A stretch of DNA of 64,000 nt from positions 147,980 through 211,979 of the forward strand of contig CAVZWI010000001.1 of the NCBI GenBank assembly GCA_963778955.1. The letters are read 5' to 3'. Below, piece after piece: positions 58,996 through 64,000 of this stretch (position 1 is its first letter; the number at the start of each line of letters is the position of its first letter). This stretch comes from an uncultured Chloroflexia bacterium. GTDB taxonomy: Bacteria > Chloroflexota > Limnocylindria > Limnocylindrales > CSP1-4. The notes under the pieces were generated by a model. It was not told the DNA's origin. It saw only the letters and a program-made list of their open reading frames with translations, and ran no database searches. The position numbers were made by a program, and so were the translations under genes.

Positions 58996-61536
58996 ATGAC
59001 ATCGAGCCCGCGAAAACCCCAGATGAAACCCTCTACCCATCCGGAAGCGAAGGGCGATACCGAAGCCAAGGACGACCTGAAATCGCTGCCCATGACGGAC
59101 GTGCTTGGGAAGCTGGGGTCGTCAGCGGACGGCCTGACCGCGGCCGAGGCGCAAAGAAGGCTGACCCAGTACGGGCCCAACGAGATCGAGGAGAAGGCAG
59201 CTAATCCGCTGCTTCAGTTCCTCACCTACTTCTGGGGCCCCATCCCGTGGATGATCGAGATCGCCGCCGTGCTCTCTGCGGTTGCCCAGCACTGGCCGGA
59301 CTTCTTCATCATCCTGGCCCTGCTCCTCGCCAACGCGGGGGTCGGATTCTGGGAGGAACACCAGGCGGGCAACGCCATCGCCGCGCTCAAGGCCAAGCTG
59401 GCGATCGGGGCCAAGGTCAAGCGCGACGGCAAGTGGGTAACCGGGCCGGCCCGTGAACTGGTGCCCGGCGACGTGATCCGCGTGCGCCTGGGCGACATCG
59501 TTCCGGCCGACGCGCGCCTGCTCGAGGGGGACTCGATCGAGGTCGATGAGTCCGCCCTGACGGGCGAGTCGCTGCCCGCCACGCGAAAGCCGGGCGAGGC
59601 CGTGTTCTCGGGGTCGATCGTGCGGCGGGGCGAGATCGACGCGATGGTCTATGCCACCGGCGCGAACACGTACTTCGGCAAGACGGCGCAACTCGTCCAG
59701 GAAGCGCAGACCGTCAGCCACTTCCAGCGCGCGGTGCTCAAGATCGGGGACTACCTGATCGTCCTGGCGGTGTCACTGGTGGCGGTGATCATCGCCGCCT
59801 CGATCGTCCGCGGCGACCCCATCCTGACCACGTTGCAGTTCGCCCTGGTCCTGACGGTGGCGGCGATCCCCGTCGCGATGCCGACGGTGCTGTCGGTGAC
59901 GATGGCGGTCGGGGCACGCCTGCTGGCCAAGCGGGAGGCGATCGTGACCCGCCTGGCGGCCATCGAGGAGCTGGCGGGCGTGGACGTGCTGTGCTCGGAC
60001 AAGACCGGCACCCTGACCCAGAACAAGCTCACGCTCGGCGATCCGTTCAGCGTCGAGGGCGTCGAGGCCAACGAGCTCATCCGCTGCGCCGCGCTGGCTT
60101 CGCGTGCGGAGGACAAGGACACCATCGACTTCGCAGTACTGGGTGGCCTGAAGGACGACCAGGCCCTGGAGGGCGACGAGGTCGTCCACTTCCAGCCGTT
60201 CGACCCGGTGCACAAGCGCACCGAGGCCACTGTCAAGGGCGCGGACGGCAAGGAGTTCCGGGTGACCAAGGGCGCGCCGCAGGTGATCCTCGAGATGTCC
60301 GCGAATGCCGAGAAGGTGAAGGCGGCCGTCGACGAGGCGGTCAACGACTTCGCGGCGCGAGGGTTCCGCTCCTTGGGCGTCGCCCGCGCAGACGGCAAAG
60401 GAAAGTGGCGGTTCCTCGGCGTGCTGCCCCTGTTCGACCCGCCGCGGGACGATGCCAAGGCGACGATCGCGACCGCCGGGCAGATGGGGGTGATAGTCAA
60501 GATGGTGACGGGCGATGCACTGGCCATCGCCCAGGAGACGGCCAAGAAGCTGGGCATGGGGACGAACATCCTCGATGCCGGCGGCTTCGGCGACACGAAT
60601 CACGAGACGGGGCAGCTGGCGGCGTCCATCGAGAGCGCGGATGGATTCGCCCAGGTGTTCCCCGAGCACAAGTTCCACATCGTGGACGTCCTGCAGCAGC
60701 AGGGCCACATCGTGGGCATGACGGGCGACGGGGTGAACGATGCTCCCGCGCTCAAGAAGGCCGACTGCGGGATCGCCGTGTCGGACGCTACCGATGCGGC
60801 CCGCGCGGCGGCGTCGATCGTCCTGCTGACGCCGGGCCTCTCTGTGATCATCGACGCGATCAAGGAGAGCCGCCGCATCTTCGAGCGCATGAACAGCTAC
60901 GCGATGTATCGCATCGCCGAGACGCTGCGCGTGCTCCTGTTCATGACGCTCTCGATCCTGGTCTTCAACTTCTATCCCGTTACCGCGGTGATGATCGTGA
61001 TGCTGGCGCTGCTCAATGACGGCGCCATCCTCTCCATCGCCTATGACAACGTGCGTTACGGGGATAAGCCTGAGGCCTGGGACATGCGGCTGGTCCTGGG
61101 GATCGCCACGGTGCTCGGCGTCATCGGGCCCGTCGCCGCATTTGGCCTCTTCTACTATGGCGACCAGGTCTTGCATCTCGGCCACCCGCAGCTCCAGACG
61201 CTGATGTACCTGATGCTGTCGGTGGCCGGGCACCTGACCATCTTCCTCACACGGACTCGCGGCCGATTCTGGTCGACGCCACACCCCTCGCGGGTGCTGG
61301 TGGTGGCCGTGTTCGGCACACAAGCCGTGGCGACGCTGATCGCGGTCTTTGGGGTGTTCATGACGCCCCTGGGTTGGGGTCTGGCACTGCTCGTGTGGGG
61401 CTACGCGCTAGCGTGGTTCCTCGTGAATGACCAGTTGAAGCTGCTGGCATATCGGATCCTGGATTCCAACGGCGCGCCGTTGCTCGGTACGAAGTCCCGG
61501 GACCGTGGGCCAGCGGAACACCGCACGGGCCTGTGA
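58996..61536 (+). CDS. P3A-type (plasma-membrane proton-efflux type) P-type ATPase
   Basis: 846 aa. GLTAAEAQRRLTQYGPNEIEE, DIVPADARLLEGD, TGESLP, CSDKTGTLT, MVTGD and GMTGDGVNDAPALKKAD. The overall N-terminal pattern closely follows plant AHA and fungal PMA1. Confidence 0.92.
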   Translation: MTSSPRKPQMKPSTHPEAKGDTEAKDDLKSLPMTDVLGKLGSSADGLTAAEAQRRLTQYGPNEIEEKAANPLLQFLTYFWGPIPWMIEIAAVLSAVAQHWPDFFIILALLLANAGVGFWEEHQAGNAIAALKAKLAIGAKVKRDGKWVTGPARELVPGDVIRVRLGDIVPADARLLEGDSIEVDESALTGESLPATRKPGEAVFSGSIVRRGEIDAMVYATGANTYFGKTAQLVQEAQTVSHFQRAVLKIGDYLIVLAVSLVAVIIAASIVRGDPILTTLQFALVLTVAAIPVAMPTVLSVTMAVGARLLAKREAIVTRLAAIEELAGVDVLCSDKTGTLTQNKLTLGDPFSVEGVEANELIRCAALASRAEDKDTIDFAVLGGLKDDQALEGDEVVHFQPFDPVHKRTEATVKGADGKEFRVTKGAPQVILEMSANAEKVKAAVDEAVNDFAARGFRSLGVARADGKGKWRFLGVLPLFDPPRDDAKATIATAGQMGVIVKMVTGDALAIAQETAKKLGMGTNILDAGGFGDTNHETGQLAASIESADGFAQVFPEHKFHIVDVLQQQGHIVGMTGDGVNDAPALKKADCGIAVSDATDAARAAASIVLLTPGLSVIIDAIKESRRIFERMNSYAMYRIAETLRVLLFMTLSILVFNFYPVTAVMIVMLALLNDGAILSIAYDNVRYGDKPEAWDMRLVLGIATVLGVIGPVAAFGLFYYGDQVLHLGHPQLQTLMYLMLSVAGHLTIFLTRTRGRFWSTPHPSRVLVVAVFGTQAVATLIAVFGVFMTPLGWGLALLVWGYALAWFLVNDQLKLLAYRILDSNGAPLLGTKSRDRGPAEHRTGL

Positions 61537-61689
61537 GCTCTACGAGCGGCGAGTCTGCGGCCAGGGCGGGAGACTCGAGACTGGCAGGAGGCGGAGCGCA
61601 AGAACCAGCAGGAGGAGACCGCGGCCAAGCCCGCATCTGACCCCAGCGAAGACGATCCATGTCCTGATCAGGAGGCGGTACCGAACGAC

Positions 61690-62572
61690 ATGACCGAAGG
61701 AGACAGAATGCCGATCCGATCCGATGACTTCCGCGTCCACCCCGGACTCACGGTCGACCTTGAAACGTGGCCCACAAAAGTAGAACCCGCCTACGCGTCG
61801 AAGAAGCGGTATCGGAAGCTCCTGCGGTCCCACGTCGAGGCGCTCAGTTCGCTGCAGCACCTGCACTACGCGTCCAACCGCTACGCGCTCTTGCTGATCT
61901 TCCAGGGTATGGACGCCGCCGGCAAGGACGGCGCCATCCGGCATGTCATGTCGGGCGTGAACCCGCAGGGCTGCGAGGTCTCGAGCTTCAAGCAGCCCAC
62001 CCCTGACGAGCTCGAGCACGACTTCCTCTGGCGCACTGAGCGTCGGCTGCCCGAACGGGGGCGGATTCGGCATATTCAATCGTTCCTACTATGAGGACGT
62101 GCTGGTCGTTCGCGTACACCCGGAGCTGCTCGAAGGTCAACGGCTTCCCGCCGGGTTGATCGACCCGAAGACCATCTGGCAGGACCGTTATCGGTCCATC
62201 TTGGACCTCGAGGCACACCTCCACCGGAACGGCACCCGCATCATCAAGGTGTTCCTGCACCTCTCGAAGGACGAGCAGCGCCAGCGTTTCCTGGCACGCA
62301 TCGATGAGCCCGACAAGAACTGGAAGTTCAGCCTGGCGGACGCCCGCGAGCGGAAGTACTGGAAGCAGTACAGCGAGGCGTACGAGGAGTGCCTGAGCGC
62401 GACCAATACGCGTCACGCACCCTGGTACGTGGTCCCGGCCGATGACAAGAAGAACGCGCGGCTCATCGTCTCCCAGATCGTCCTTGACGCGTTCAGTGAG
62501 CTCAACATGGCGTATCCCAAGGTCACCCCGCGCCGACGGAAGGAACTAGAGGCCATCGGCAAGGCGCTCTGA
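61690..62572 (+). CDS. ppk2: polyphosphate kinase 2 (one extra nt at 62064-62068)
   Basis: [11 protein letters not shown]. ...RLPERGRI then [21 protein letters not shown] continues in the +1 frame (ORF 62099..62572). Later motifs are [11 protein letters not shown] and [10 protein letters not shown]. Confidence 0.88.
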
Positions 62573-62730
62573 TCCGTTCACCGTCGGAGGCTCGCGAGTC
62601 GACGCCCTCCTTGCGTGGGTCGAACCCGAAGACATCGACGCGGCCTGCGGTCGGTCGCACACCCTCACCGTCGTCCAGTTGCACGCTGCGGTCGGCGAGC
62701 ACCAGCGCGGCCAGGGACATCAGCGGCGTC

Positions 62731-63733
62731 TCACCCGCCTCCTGTCACCAGCACGGCGGTACCTTCCAGGGTTCCGCTTGACAGGAGGCTGATGGCACTC
62801 CCAGCGTCATCGAGGGGGAAGGTCTGGGTGGATGTCCGCAGGGGGATGTCCGCGGCCAGTTCGAGGAACTCCCGGGCGTCCGCCCGGGTGAAGTTGGCGA
62901 CGCTGCGGATGGCCCGCTCGGGCCACAGGATGTCGTAGGAGAATGCCGGGATCCGGTCGAGGTGGATGGCGTTGATCGCCAATGTCGCGCCGGGGGCGAG
63001 GCTTCGAAGGGCCGTCACCACCACGTCGCCACTCGGCGCGAACGTCACCGCCGCATCCAGCGCCGGCGCAGATTCATCGTACGAGCCGACGCTCGCCGCG
63101 CCCATGGCCGCAGCCTGCTCCTGGCCGTGGCGCGAGCGTGTGCGGACGTGGATCTCGCAACCCCGATAGTCAGCCACCTGGAACGCCAGTAGCGCCGAGG
63201 CACCGAAGCCGTAGAGCCCCAGACGACCCCCGGGCTGGATGCCGCTGACCTTGAGGGAGCGATAGCCGATGACACCGCCACACAGCAAGGGTGCCGCGGC
63301 CAAGTCGCTGAAGCGTTCGGGCAGGCGCAAGGCGAAGTCCGCGCGGACCACGAGCCGGGTGGCGTAGCCGCCATCGCGATCCCAGCCGGTGAAGCGGGCC
63401 TCCAGACAGAGGTTCTCGCGTCCGCTCGTGCAGAACCGGCAACGCCCGCAGGTCGAAGCCAGCCACGCCACCCCCGCCCGGTCGCCCTCAGCCCAGTCGT
63501 TGACGTCAGGGCCGACGGCCAAGACTCGACCCACGGCCTGGTGGCCAGGGATGATGGGCATGCGACGTGCGGCGAGATCGCCCTCGATCGATCTGGAGGT
63601 CGGTGCGGCACACCGCGCACGCTGCGACATCGAGCAGGAGTTCGCCGCGCCCCGGCACGGGGTCAGGCAACTCGAGGCTCTGCAGGGGGAACGTCTCGGC
63701 CGGAGCCGGGTCCGAGAGTCGGAGAGCGCGCAT
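62731..63733 (-). CDS. zinc-dependent MDR alcohol dehydrogenase (one extra nt at 63586-63593)
   Basis: MRALRL...VAACAVCRTDLQI (ORF 63506..63787) joins IEGDLAARRMPIIPGHQAVGRV...CGRCRFCTSG...LYGFGASA (ORF 62731..63630). GGAGG lies upstream of ATG 63733. Confidence 0.85.
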
Positions 63734-64000
63734 CTGATCCTCCAGTTCCGGTCGCCGACGGCCGGACTCAGCGGGCATCTCTGTCAAGCGTGGACCATGG
63801 TCGCATACCCGCGGCGCTGGTTGGGGCGCAACGGCGCGGGGGTGATCTCAACGCCAGAGCCGCTTCCAGAAAACTACCGGGCTGGACGACTGATAGACCC
63901 AGCCCACGAGCGGAGCGACAGCCAGGATCGTCAGCGCGGCGGACGGACGGATGCGCCCGGTCGTGGCGCCGAGAAGTGCCACCGGACCTGCCAGCGCCAT

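Noticed and set aside
2581-63733. Programmed ribosomal frameshifting as the explanation for the split genes
   Set aside because: There are no slippery heptamers or downstream pseudoknots at the junctions. Both +1 and -1 corrections are needed. The sites share a DNA motif (GATC), not a translational signal.
63848-64000. 50-codon minus-strand ORF at the window end (MALAGPVALLGATTGRIRPSAALTILAVAPLVGWVY...)
   Set aside because: It is too short, touches the window edge and matches no family. I cannot tell whether the ATG at 64000 is the real start.

Overview
This is a high-GC bacterial chromosomal segment carrying about 55 protein genes, mostly housekeeping and metabolism. I found no rRNA, CRISPR array, transposase, integrase or phage genes. 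Gene content (F420-type DDN-family protein, Ycf45/R3H ATPase, GuaB3-like protein, ELWxxDGT-repeat protein, PdxST) fits a Chloroflexota- or Actinomycetota-like organism, but I cannot place it further.

Recognisable genes in order:
- Core metabolism and information processing: guaA, a GuaB3-like IMPDH-family gene, a Thr/Ser dehydratase, tmk, pdxS/pdxT, cca, galE, an endonuclease III-like gene, an AspC/TyrB aminotransferase, two MDR dehydrogenases and a GlcD-like oxidase.
- c-di-GMP proteins: one GGDEF and one EAL protein, both with degenerate catalytic motifs.
- A glycosyl-glycerate cluster: MGS/GGS-like glycosyltransferase, a tandem-USP::GpgS fusion and glycerate kinase.
- Regulators and transport: a LAL/LuxR regulator, a CDF metal exporter, an ABC-2 exporter and a CUT2 sugar ABC importer.
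- A two-component unit (CHASE3-GAF histidine kinase plus NarL-type regulator).
- A GT4 / PMI / PMM-like HAD / GH130 operon.
- A P3A-type proton ATPase followed by PPK2.

Main second-look items:
1. A tRNA-Thr(CGU)-like gene whose two halves are separated by about 123 nt.
2. 527-bp inverted repeats, differing at only 2 positions, each holding a complete receiver-only gene. They bracket the kinase/regulator segment.
3. At least 15 reading-frame breaks. About half sit exactly on GATC and two more on GAWTC, which looks like a motif-linked sequencing artefact rather than gene decay. Several very long entries in the ORF track are read-through artefacts of these breaks.
4. The USP-USP-GpgS fusion and a mannose operon that lacks a GDP-mannose pyrophosphorylase.
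5. A DNA-ligase-like protein without the catalytic lysine.
6. A genuine ACC-deaminase gene relic.
7. Two repeat-rich intergenic spacers.

All family assignments come from motifs I recognised by eye in the translations. No database search was run.
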